From Actinomycetota bacterium (lineage in GTDB: Bacteria; Actinomycetota; Geothermincolia; Fen-727; Anoxymicrobiaceae), in assembly GCA_043807425.1 (NCBI GenBank), contig JAZDFZ010000019.1:27436-91435 (forward strand): 64,000 nucleotides of DNA, given 5' to 3'. How positions within the stretch are numbered: position 1 is the stretch's first letter; every line of letters starts with the position of its first letter. The position numbers and the translations under genes were made by a program. Shown here piece after piece: positions 28,984-37,551 of the stretch. The notes beneath the pieces were generated by a model. It was given only the letters and a program-made list of their open reading frames with translations. It searched no databases and was not told the origin of the DNA.

Positions 28984-31344
28984 TTAGAAGGCGCGGCCGC
29001 TCTTGCGCTTCTTCTCCATGACCCGCAGTATCGCCGGCAGCAGCGTCACCGCGATTATCACCGCCGAGCCGATACCCAGGGCCGCCGCCAGGCCCAGGGA
29101 GGCCAGCCCGCGGTACCGCGCCAGCAACAGCGCGGCGAACGCCGCCACTACGGTCAGGCCCGAGACCAGTATGGCCTTGCCCGTATGGGCGAGCACGGAG
29201 GGGATGGTCTCGCCCTCCAGGAGGTGCTCCTCCTCGTAGCGGTGCAGCACGTAGACGCCGAAGTCCACCCCGATGCCCAGTATCATGGGCGTGACGGCGA
29301 TGTTGACTATGTTGAACTTCATCCCCAGGAGGTTGAACGCCCCGATCATCCAGACCATGGCGAAGGCCAGCGGGAGCAGCGCCAGCAGTGAGGGGAGAAC
29401 CGCCTGGAAGTCGATCACCACCATCAGCATCACCACCACCGCCGAGAGCAGCGTGGTGTCGTTCAGGCCCTTGCGGGTGGACTCCAGCAGGTCCTGCACT
29501 ATCACCGGGAAGCCGATCACGTCCGTGGACACCTGCCGCACCTGGTCCAGGAACTCGTTGACGTTCTTCTCCTCGGACATGCTCTTCCTGGGGTAGACGT
29601 AGGTCGCGTACGTACCGTCGGAGGAGACGTACTTCTGCAGCGCGTCCGCCGGCAGCTTATCAACGGTAAGGGTGTCCGAGCCTATATCGTCCAGCACAGC
29701 CAGCATCTCCGGCGGCACGTAGGAAAGCCAGTCGGGGTTGATGCTCTGGATCTTGGTCTGGATGCGTGACATCAGCACCAGCTTGCTGAGCTGTTCCGAC
29801 GGGATGATGGTCGCCAGGGACTCGACCGCCCGAACGCTGAGCAGCTCCGCCAGCTTCTCGGTCACCTCGCGCATGGCCGGCTCGTTGTTGGACAGCACGA
29901 TGACGAAGTCAGAGCCCATGCCGAACTCCGAGGCCAGCTTCTCCTCGGCCTTCGTCACCTCCATCCCCCGCGGCTCCACCTTGCGGATGTTGCTCTCGTA
30001 CTTGATGAAGCCCGCGCTGGTCCCCAGGCCGATGGTCAGCACCAGCCCAACCCCGATGATCCACCACGGGCGCCTGGCGATGAACGAGCCCTCCCGGCGC
30101 ATCAGCCTGCTGGAGCTCTCGCCTTCCCTGGCCTTGTAGGGGATAAGCTTCTCCTTCATGGTCATAAGGGCGGGCAGCACGAAGAAGGTGGCGAGCAGTG
30201 TGCACAGCACGCCCGTGCCCAGGACCAGGCCCATGTCGTGCATGGCTTTGAACTCGGAGAAGACTATGGCGTAGAAGGCGCCGGCGGTGGTGAGCGCGCC
30301 GGTGATTATCCCCTTGCCGGTGTTTGACAGCGCGGACACGAAGGCCTGCCGGCCGTCGTCGCCCCGGTCCCTCTCCTCCCGGTAACGTGCCAGGAGCGCT
30401 ATGCCGTACTCTATGCCGATGCCCATTAGCACGGCGGCGAAGACCGACGATACCGTGTTCAGGGACTTCACGGTCACCCGCGCGAAGGCCAGCGTCCACA
30501 TCACGCCCACACCCAGCGACGCGATGGCCAGCAGCGGCTCGGTCAGACCCCTGAAGGCGACGGCCAGCACCACCACGATCACCAGGAGGGCTATCAGCCC
30601 CACCACCAGGATGTCGCGGTTGACCACGTTCCTCTGCTCGTACTGGAGCGCGTAGTTGCCCGCCTGCCATACCTTGACGCCCGGGTTCTGCTTCTCCATG
30701 TCGCCGGCGAGCTCGTTCATCTCCCTGCCCAGGGGGCCGGCCTTCGCGCTGTCGTCCGCGTTGAAGGACGGCCGGGCCACCAGCAGCACCGATTTGCCGT
30801 CGTCGCTGGTGAAGTACCCCTGGTCATCTATGGTGATGCCGCCGCCGAACGCCTGCGAGAGCTCCTCGCGCAGCGCCAGGAACGACTGCGCCATCTTCGC
30901 GAGCTCGTCGATGTTCCTCTCGGCCAGCAGCCGGTCCAGCTCGTTCAGCGTGTCCTTGTCAAGAAAAAGGAGCCCGTATCGCTGGAACTGGGTCACGTCC
31001 GCCTTGTACTGGATGTACTTGAACCGGCCGGTCTCGTCCATCTCGGAGGCCATCTCGTCGGCCAGCCCGCGGGCCTGCTCGGCGTCTTTCGCCTCGATGA
31101 GCACGATCATGTAGTCGGTGCCGCCGAACTTCTCGAACGCCTTGAAGTAGTTCTTGACCGCCGCGTGCTCCTGGGGGAGGAGGTCGACGTAGCGCGTGCT
31201 CACCTGCAGCGTCCTAACGGCGAAGAAGCACGGGACCAGCGAAGCGGCGACCAGCAGCAGCACCAGGTACCAGCGCCTGGTCGCGGTGCTCCCTATCCAG
31301 CTCAGTACCCTGGTCCTCAGATCAGGGCCCTTTTTCTTCCTCAG
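28984..31344 (-). CDS. MMPL/RND family transporter (probable CTG start)
   Basis: Two halves with MGIGIEYG..RYREE and LGIGVDFG..RYEEE; frame is open to CTG 31344 with GGAGG upstream. Confidence 0.88.
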   Translation of the reverse strand: MRKKKGPDLRTRVLSWIGSTATRRWYLVLLLVAASLVPCFFAVRTLQVSTRYVDLLPQEHAAVKNYFKAFEKFGGTDYMIVLIEAKDAEQARGLADEMASEMDETGRFKYIQYKADVTQFQRYGLLFLDKDTLNELDRLLAERNIDELAKMAQSFLALREELSQAFGGGITIDDQGYFTSDDGKSVLLVARPSFNADDSAKAGPLGREMNELAGDMEKQNPGVKVWQAGNYALQYEQRNVVNRDILVVGLIALLVIVVVLAVAFRGLTEPLLAIASLGVGVMWTLAFARVTVKSLNTVSSVFAAVLMGIGIEYGIALLARYREERDRGDDGRQAFVSALSNTGKGIITGALTTAGAFYAIVFSEFKAMHDMGLVLGTGVLCTLLATFFVLPALMTMKEKLIPYKAREGESSSRLMRREGSFIARRPWWIIGVGLVLTIGLGTSAGFIKYESNIRKVEPRGMEVTKAEEKLASEFGMGSDFVIVLSNNEPAMREVTEKLAELLSVRAVESLATIIPSEQLSKLVLMSRIQTKIQSINPDWLSYVPPEMLAVLDDIGSDTLTVDKLPADALQKYVSSDGTYATYVYPRKSMSEEKNVNEFLDQVRQVSTDVIGFPVIVQDLLESTRKGLNDTTLLSAVVVMLMVVIDFQAVLPSLLALLPLAFAMVWMIGAFNLLGMKFNIVNIAVTPMILGIGVDFGVYVLHRYEEEHLLEGETIPSVLAHTGKAILVSGLTVVAAFAALLLARYRGLASLGLAAALGIGSAVIIAVTLLPAILRVMEKKRKSGRAF

Positions 31345-32536
31345 CGCCTTTCCCCTCCCCTTCGTCCGGGCCCGCCGCGTCGTGCGTGGTCCTCATGTGC
31401 TCCTTCCTGCGGACAATGAAGCCGCCGAGGAAGAACCCCGCACCGAGCAACAGGAACAGGGTTACCATATAGTCCTGCACGAAACGCATCGGGCCGATAC
31501 GGCTACCCGCGTACTCGGTCGCCTGGGCGGCCTGAGCGTCCGTCCATCCGTAGTCGATGCGGTACAGCTCCTTGGGCTCCAGCAGCCTCTGCTGCTCGAC
31601 CTGGCTCAGGTACTGCAGGACCTGGGGGTCCTCGGCGTGCCTCGCCAGTATCTCGAAGAGCGGCAGGAACGTCCTTACCTCAGTGTTCACGTACACGGAT
31701 CTCCGGCAGCGCCCGATCTTCACGATCGTTCCCGTCACCGGCTCTACGGCCCCTTCCCACTCCAGCTTGACGCTGTACTCCAGCGCGATGGGCCGCGAGT
31801 CGGGGAACTGCGCGAAGGTCTGCCGCTCCTCCGGGGTCAGGTTGCTGGAGGCGGACCGCACCAGAGTGTCGATAGGTATGCCGGCGGCCGCGAGCTCTCC
31901 CTTTATCTCACCGAATGTCGTCTCCGTGGGAAGACCGATGGCCCTGACCTCGTAGTCCACCATGGGCCGGTGGCCGTGGGAACCCTTGAAGAGATACACG
32001 CCGACTCCGTTTATCACGTCCTTCTTCTCGAAGTTGACCGCGAAGGCGGAGGCGACGTCGTTGTCGAACAGGTTGCGGCTGTCCCTGCCCGCGCCGAAGG
32101 GGAAGTTCACGTACCAGGAGCCCGACCGGTCAACCACCTCACCTGAGGACGTCGAAAGGGTGCTGCTCATGTTCTCGCAGCTGCGCCGGTCCATCACGTA
32201 GATGTTGCGCTCGTCGAGGTTCAGCCCGAAGGGAGCCTGCCCGTCGGCCTCGATGACCTCCTCCACCACCGCTATATCGCCGTGGTAGTCTCCGTTCATC
32301 GACGAGAGCCTGCGGTCGAGCGGGACCCGACCCGTCTGAGCGGGAGTTATCCTGAGCAGGCCGTGCTTCTCGGCCAGGCGGGTTACGGTGGCTTCGGCGC
32401 GGAACGAGAGATCGTATCCCCTCGGGAAGACGACGATGCGTTTTATTGCCACGCCCCACCAGAGCACCGCGAAGATGAGCATCGCGACACCGATAAGCAC
32501 GAGCGTGTTCCCTATAGCGTTCCTGGCCCTTGCCAC
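31322..32536 (-). CDS. DUF3068 (PorA-like) membrane protein
   Basis: N- and C-terminal TMs; YVMDRRS, FPFG, VEPVTGTIV motifs. Confidence 0.7.
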   Translation of the reverse strand: MARARNAIGNTLVLIGVAMLIFAVLWWGVAIKRIVVFPRGYDLSFRAEATVTRLAEKHGLLRITPAQTGRVPLDRRLSSMNGDYHGDIAVVEEVIEADGQAPFGLNLDERNIYVMDRRSCENMSSTLSTSSGEVVDRSGSWYVNFPFGAGRDSRNLFDNDVASAFAVNFEKKDVINGVGVYLFKGSHGHRPMVDYEVRAIGLPTETTFGEIKGELAAAGIPIDTLVRSASSNLTPEERQTFAQFPDSRPIALEYSVKLEWEGAVEPVTGTIVKIGRCRRSVYVNTEVRTFLPLFEILARHAEDPQVLQYLSQVEQQRLLEPKELYRIDYGWTDAQAAQATEYAGSRIGPMRFVQDYMVTLFLLLGAGFFLGGFIVRRKEHMRTTHDAAGPDEGEGKGAEEEKGP

Positions 32537-32619
32537 AGCCCTGCTTTCACGTGGAAATCACGGGGATAGTATACGACAGAGCTTGAGCGGGAACCTCAGG
32601 CCAGATAGGCGTTGCTGAC

Positions 32620-32704
32620 GGCGGACTGAAGTCCGCCCCCAATAATCAGGTCTTGGGCCGGGACTTCAGTCCCGGTGGGCACGTCGCTGACGGCTGGAAT
32701 CCGC
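32620..32704. repeat. Family A REP cluster
   Basis: GGCGGACTGAAGTCCGCC at 32620; TTGGGCCGGGACTTCAGTCCCGGT at 32653. Confidence 0.88.
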
Positions 32705-32863
32705 CTAATCCTTCTTCTCCTCGGCCGCCTTGGTCTTGAACACCGGGCACTCCAGGTGGGAGTCCGGTTTTAACCCCTTGCAGAAGTAGACCGGCAGCGG
32801 CTCGGCGACCTCGCCCTTCTCCGGCTCCAGGGTGCAACATTTCTCGACGTAGTTCGGACACAT
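32705..32863 (-). CDS. Small Cys-rich protein (52 aa), absent from the ORF track
   Basis: MCPNYVEKCCTLEPEKGEVAEPLPVYFCKGLKPDSHLECPVFKTKAAEEKKD*; GGAGG 6 nt before ATG; GC-rich third codon positions. Confidence 0.7.
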   Translation of the reverse strand: MCPNYVEKCCTLEPEKGEVAEPLPVYFCKGLKPDSHLECPVFKTKAAEEKKD

Positions 32864-33016
32864 GGTCATCCTCCCGGTAGACGCACAGTGGCTCGAGTCA
32901 ATTAAAGCACTCGAGGCGGGAGGCCGCTATAAAACGGGTCGAGCGGGCGGCGCATGAAGCATGCCGCCCGCTCTTGTCTCCCTTGCGGAGGGGGGCCGGG
33001 TGTGCCCCCAAAGTGA

Positions 33017-34822
33017 TCAGACCAGCGCCGGCTCGGGCTCCTCGGCGTACATCGACTCGATCTGCTCGGCGAACCGGGAAGCGACCTCCTTGCGCTTGAC
33101 CTTCAGCGTCGGGGTGAGGAGGCCGGACTCCTCGGTCATCTCCTCGCCCAGGAGCACGAACTTCATCACCCGCTCGTGGCGGTCGAAGTCGGCCTGCGCC
33201 CCGTCCACGCGCTGCTTCATGAACCGGATGACCCGGGGGTCGGCGACCAGCCTTGCGCTGTCGGTGGTATCGATGCCGTTCTCCCCGGCCCATGCCTCCA
33301 GCACCTCGAACGCCGGCACGATGAGCGCGCTGATGAACCTGCGCCGGTCGCCTATTACCGCCGCCTGCTCGATGTAGCTGTCCAGCTTGAGCGCGTTCTC
33401 CACGTTCTGGGGGGCGACGTTCTTGCCGCCCGCCGTGACGATGAGGTCCTTCTTGCGGTCGGTGATGAACAGGAACCCTTCGGGATCGATGTGGCCGATG
33501 TCGCCGGTGTGGAACCAGCCGTCCGCCAGCGCCTCGGAGCTATCGGCGGGCCTGTTCCAGTAGCCGCGCATGATGTTCGGTCCCCTGGCCAGTATCTCGC
33601 CGTCGGGAGCGATCCTCACCTGTACGCCGGGCAGGGGAGTTCCCACCGAGCCGAACCTCATCGCGTCGGGCCGGTTCACGGTGAGCACCGGCGATGTCTC
33701 GGTGAGGCCGAATCCCTCCAGGATGGTCACGCCCAGGGCGCTGAAGAACTCGGCGATCTCTCGCGCGAGGGGGGCGCCGCCCGAGAAGAAGAACCGGAGC
33801 CGGCCGCCCAGCTTCTCGCTTATCTTGGAGAAGACCAGCTTGCTCGCGATCGCGTACTTTATCTTGAGCCCGAGGGGGAAAGGCCTCCGGTCGACCTTCA
33901 ACTGGCTCGCCTGACGGCCTATGCCCACCGCCCAGTTGAAGATCTTCTGCTTGACGGGCGGCTCGGCCGCGACGTTGGCCTGCACGCCGGCGTAGACCTT
34001 CTCGTACAGCCGGGGGACGCTGACCATCCAGTGCGGCTTTATGTCCGCGATGTCCTCGGCGAGCGTGTCTATGCACTGCGCGTGGGCGATGCTGACGCCT
34101 TTGTAGACGGCCGTATAGTACCCGCTCATGCGCTCGAGCACGTGGCTCAAGGGAAGGAACGAGAGACAGATGTCAGAGTCGTCCACCTCGATCAGGCTCG
34201 AGGCCGCCCGAACGTTCGACATGAAGTTGCGGTGGGTGAGCATCACACCCTTGGGGTTCCCGGTCGTCCCCGATGTGTAGACGATGCTGCAGAGATCGTC
34301 GGGCTTCACCGCCTCCAGACGGTCGCCGAACTCGTCGTCCGTTGCGCCGGTCGCGCCGAACATGCGAAGCTCCTCGAAGCTCATCACCGCCGGGTGATCG
34401 GAGGATGTCTCGCAGATCGTCACGATCTTCTCCAGCGCGGGAAGGTTGTCGCGGACCTCCAGGACCCTGTTCATGTGGTCCTCGCTTCCCACGAAGACCA
34501 TCTTCGAGGCGGAGTCCTCGAGTATGTACTCCGCCTGCTTCGCGGTTATGGTGGCATACAGCGGGACGTTGACCGCCCCGATCGACTGGATGGCCATGTC
34601 CGCCATCTGCCACTCCGGGCAGTTGGGCGAGAAGATCGCCACGCGGTCGCCCGGCTGAACACCCGAGACTATCATCGCGAGGCCCAGCTGACGGACCTTC
34701 TCGCCGAACTCGTTCCAGGAGATGTCGGTCCAGACTCCGGGGCCCTTGTGCTTCATCATCACCCGGTCCCCGTACTTCTCCACGCGATTGAAGAACATGC
34801 CCCCTATCGTGCCGTCTCTCAT
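33017..34822 (-). CDS. Long-chain fatty-acid--CoA ligase (FadD15-like)
   Basis: YTSGTTGNPKG, GFGLTETSP, FHTGDIG, DRKKDLI, LTPTLKVKR. Confidence 0.93.
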   Translation of the reverse strand: MRDGTIGGMFFNRVEKYGDRVMMKHKGPGVWTDISWNEFGEKVRQLGLAMIVSGVQPGDRVAIFSPNCPEWQMADMAIQSIGAVNVPLYATITAKQAEYILEDSASKMVFVGSEDHMNRVLEVRDNLPALEKIVTICETSSDHPAVMSFEELRMFGATGATDDEFGDRLEAVKPDDLCSIVYTSGTTGNPKGVMLTHRNFMSNVRAASSLIEVDDSDICLSFLPLSHVLERMSGYYTAVYKGVSIAHAQCIDTLAEDIADIKPHWMVSVPRLYEKVYAGVQANVAAEPPVKQKIFNWAVGIGRQASQLKVDRRPFPLGLKIKYAIASKLVFSKISEKLGGRLRFFFSGGAPLAREIAEFFSALGVTILEGFGLTETSPVLTVNRPDAMRFGSVGTPLPGVQVRIAPDGEILARGPNIMRGYWNRPADSSEALADGWFHTGDIGHIDPEGFLFITDRKKDLIVTAGGKNVAPQNVENALKLDSYIEQAAVIGDRRRFISALIVPAFEVLEAWAGENGIDTTDSARLVADPRVIRFMKQRVDGAQADFDRHERVMKFVLLGEEMTEESGLLTPTLKVKRKEVASRFAEQIESMYAEEPEPALV

Positions 34823-35125
34823 CGGGGTCTCCTTTCACCGGGGGTTGGAAGTGGCTGGCACCTTCGACCCCTGTCCGTATGCCTGTCATTACGGACGCGC
34901 TCGCTGAATCATGCGCCCGCGCTCCGGCAAATGAGCCAGGTCTCTGCGGCCTTTCACTCGGGTCGCGTTACGTACGGTCCAGTTGTTCGACCTACATTCA
35001 CAGAGCAAAAACCTTAGCGTCGCTGATAGGCCAATAGCATTGAGGCAAATGGTTTCTCCTTCTTCTCCGTAATAGCAGTCAGGCTGACGGCATACGGGCG
35101 CAGCCACGAAATCGAGGAGGGAATC

Positions 35126-35710
35126 ATGACACTTCAGTACGGAACCGACGAGTGGGAGCAGGAGTACCAGGCAGTGGTCGCGGAGAAGAGCAAGAGCCCG
35201 CCACCCTACATCTACTTCACCCCGGAATGGGTCGCGCTGTTCGAGAAGGCGATCCGGATGGACGAGGTCTACAAGGAAGCCGCGAAGGACTGGGAGGGCA
35301 GCGTGGTCCTGCACGTCGAGCCCGACCCGGAGCGCGGCCTCGAGTTCGACCTCTACGTCTTCATGGACCTCTGGCACGGCGAGTGCCGCTCGGTGAGGAT
35401 CGTCCCCGAGAGCGCGGGTCTGGCCGGCGACTTCATCATCAGCGGGTCGCTCGATCGCTGGACGCAGGTCGGCAAGAGGGAGCTGGACGCGGTCAAGGGC
35501 ATGATGCAGGGCAAGCTCAAGCTCGAGGGCGATCTTCCAACTATCGTGCGCGCGGTCCGGGCCGCCCAGAGGCTCACGGACATCAGCGCGGAGGTCGGCG
35601 GCAAGTTTCCCCCCGACCTCCCCTCCGACGAGATCCCGGAGTTCAGGCAGGTCAACAACGAGCTGGCCGAGCGCTTCCTGGGCATCAAGGCGACGACACC
35701 GGCGGTGTAG
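35126..35710 (+). CDS. SCP2 sterol/lipid-binding domain protein
   Basis: LWHGECR..ADFIISG..W..LDAVKGMMQGKLKLEGD. Confidence 0.85.
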   Translation: MTLQYGTDEWEQEYQAVVAEKSKSPPPYIYFTPEWVALFEKAIRMDEVYKEAAKDWEGSVVLHVEPDPERGLEFDLYVFMDLWHGECRSVRIVPESAGLAGDFIISGSLDRWTQVGKRELDAVKGMMQGKLKLEGDLPTIVRAVRAAQRLTDISAEVGGKFPPDLPSDEIPEFRQVNNELAERFLGIKATTPAV

Positions 35711-35773
35711 GTACGAGTGCGTCGTTACGTCCGGCGGGGGCCGCCGCTCAGGTGTTTTAAGAGGAGGTCTTAG

Positions 35774-36937
35774 ATGGAGTACGACAGGGACCTTGCGTTC
35801 GTCTACAGGAACCCCACTCGGATCGTTTTCGGCGAGGGGACCGCTGCCGACGTGGGGATAGAGGTCGGCGAGCTGGGATGCAGCCGCGCGTTCGTGGTCA
35901 CCGACCCGGGGGTGGTCGAGGCCGGTATCTCGCAGCGCATCGAGAAGGCGCTCGGTGGAAAGCACGCGGGCACATTCGACGCGTGCATCCAGGACTCGGG
36001 CATCCACGTCATAAACGAGGCGACGGGGTTCGCCACGGAAGCTGGGGCCGATTGCCTGGTGAGCGTGGGCGGCGGCAGCACCATAGACACCGCCAAGGGC
36101 ATAGCGATCCTGCTCAAGGAGGGGGGGAGGCTCCAGGACTACTCCGGGTTCCAGATGCTCAAGCGCCCCCAGACGCCGCACGTCGTGGTGCCCACCACCG
36201 CCGGGACAGGCAGTGAGGCCACGATGACCGCGGTGGTCAAGGACTGGGACAAGCACCAGAAGTTGCTCTTCTCCGACAACCACATAATCCCCAACGTCGG
36301 CATACTGGACCCCACCATAGTCGAGGGCCTGCCGCCGCTGCTTACCGCGGCGACCGGGATGGACGCGTTCACGCACGCCGTGGAGGCCATTCATACACTG
36401 CAGGCCTCACCGGTAGCCGACGCCATGGCGTTGCACGCGATAAGGCTTATCACGCAATACCTGCCCAGGTGCGTCGCGGACGGCGGCGACCTGGTGGCGC
36501 GCGGTCAGCAGCAGTGCGCCGCGACCATGGCCGGGGTCGCCTTCGACAACGCCCAGGTCGGGCTGCCACATGCCATGGCGCACTCGGTGGGCGACCTCTT
36601 CGGTGTGCCGCACGGGGTGGCCAACAGCATCGTCCTGCCCCACGCCATGAGATTCAACATCGATACATGCCCCGACAGGTACGGGCTGGTCGCGCTCGCG
36701 ATGGGCCTCGACGTGGCCCGGATGAGCGACCGGGAGGCCGCCGAGGCGGCGATTCAGGCGATCTGTGCCCTGACCGGGAGCCTGGGGATAGTTCAGAGAC
36801 TTCGAGACGCGGGGGTCCCCTCCGAGGGCCTGGAGCAGGCCGCGGAGCTGTGCATGTACGACGGCAGCATCGTCTACAACCCCACCCCCATCCTCGAGCC
36901 GGAGCAGGTGCTCGAGGTCTTCGCGCAGGCCTGGTGA
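35774..36937 (+). CDS. Iron-containing alcohol dehydrogenase
   Basis: GGGSTIDTAK, PTTAGTGSE, DAFTHAVE, HAMAH, PHG. Confidence 0.93.
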   Translation: MEYDRDLAFVYRNPTRIVFGEGTAADVGIEVGELGCSRAFVVTDPGVVEAGISQRIEKALGGKHAGTFDACIQDSGIHVINEATGFATEAGADCLVSVGGGSTIDTAKGIAILLKEGGRLQDYSGFQMLKRPQTPHVVVPTTAGTGSEATMTAVVKDWDKHQKLLFSDNHIIPNVGILDPTIVEGLPPLLTAATGMDAFTHAVEAIHTLQASPVADAMALHAIRLITQYLPRCVADGGDLVARGQQQCAATMAGVAFDNAQVGLPHAMAHSVGDLFGVPHGVANSIVLPHAMRFNIDTCPDRYGLVALAMGLDVARMSDREAAEAAIQAICALTGSLGIVQRLRDAGVPSEGLEQAAELCMYDGSIVYNPTPILEPEQVLEVFAQAW

Positions 36938-36938
36938 T

Positions 36939-37430
36939 ATGAGCGCTCCCACGGGGGAGCCGGAAACGGAGGCAGAGATGGAACAGGCGACAACGACCGG
37001 CGGGAACGGCGAGGTGGACATCACCCTCGCACCGGACGTCGGGGACGCGGGAATGGCCGTGATGATGGCGGAGATGATAAGGACCAACCTGAAGGACAAG
37101 CCAGAGAGGGTAAAGGACTTCAACAAGCTCGACGGGTACGTGTGGATCACAGCGGACGACGCGGACACCGAGATGACCATGCTGTTCGACGGCGGAAGCC
37201 TGAAGGTCTACGCGGGCAAGGTGGGATACCCGATGCTGCAGATATCGACCGACTCCACGACCCTCCTGGAGCTGGCGAACATCCAGATCAGGTTCGGGCT
37301 GCCCTACTACTTCGACGAGGTCGGCAGGATGGTGCTCAAGAAGCTGCTCAAGGGCGAGCTCAAGATAAAGGGCATGTTCGCCCACAACCTGGCACTCACC
37401 CACATGACCAAGGTGATATCGGTCAAGTAG
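36939..37430 (+). CDS. SCP2-like domain protein
   Basis: MLFDGGSLKVY..LQISTDS..KLLKGELKIKG. Confidence 0.65.
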   Translation: MSAPTGEPETEAEMEQATTTGGNGEVDITLAPDVGDAGMAVMMAEMIRTNLKDKPERVKDFNKLDGYVWITADDADTEMTMLFDGGSLKVYAGKVGYPMLQISTDSTTLLELANIQIRFGLPYYFDEVGRMVLKKLLKGELKIKGMFAHNLALTHMTKVISVK

Positions 37431-37435
37431 CACTG

Positions 37436-37524
37436 TTGGGCCGGGACTTCCAATCCCGGAACGAGACGGCGGACTGAAGTCCGCCCCCAATCTTCAGGGT
37501 TGGGACCGGGACTTCCAATCCCGG
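37436..37524. repeat. Family A REP cluster inside the putative operon
   Basis: CCGGGACTTCCAATCCCGG x2 flanking GGCGGACTGAAGTCCGCC. Confidence 0.85.
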
Positions 37525-37551
37525 TATGAAGGACAAGTAGCGGAGGTACTC

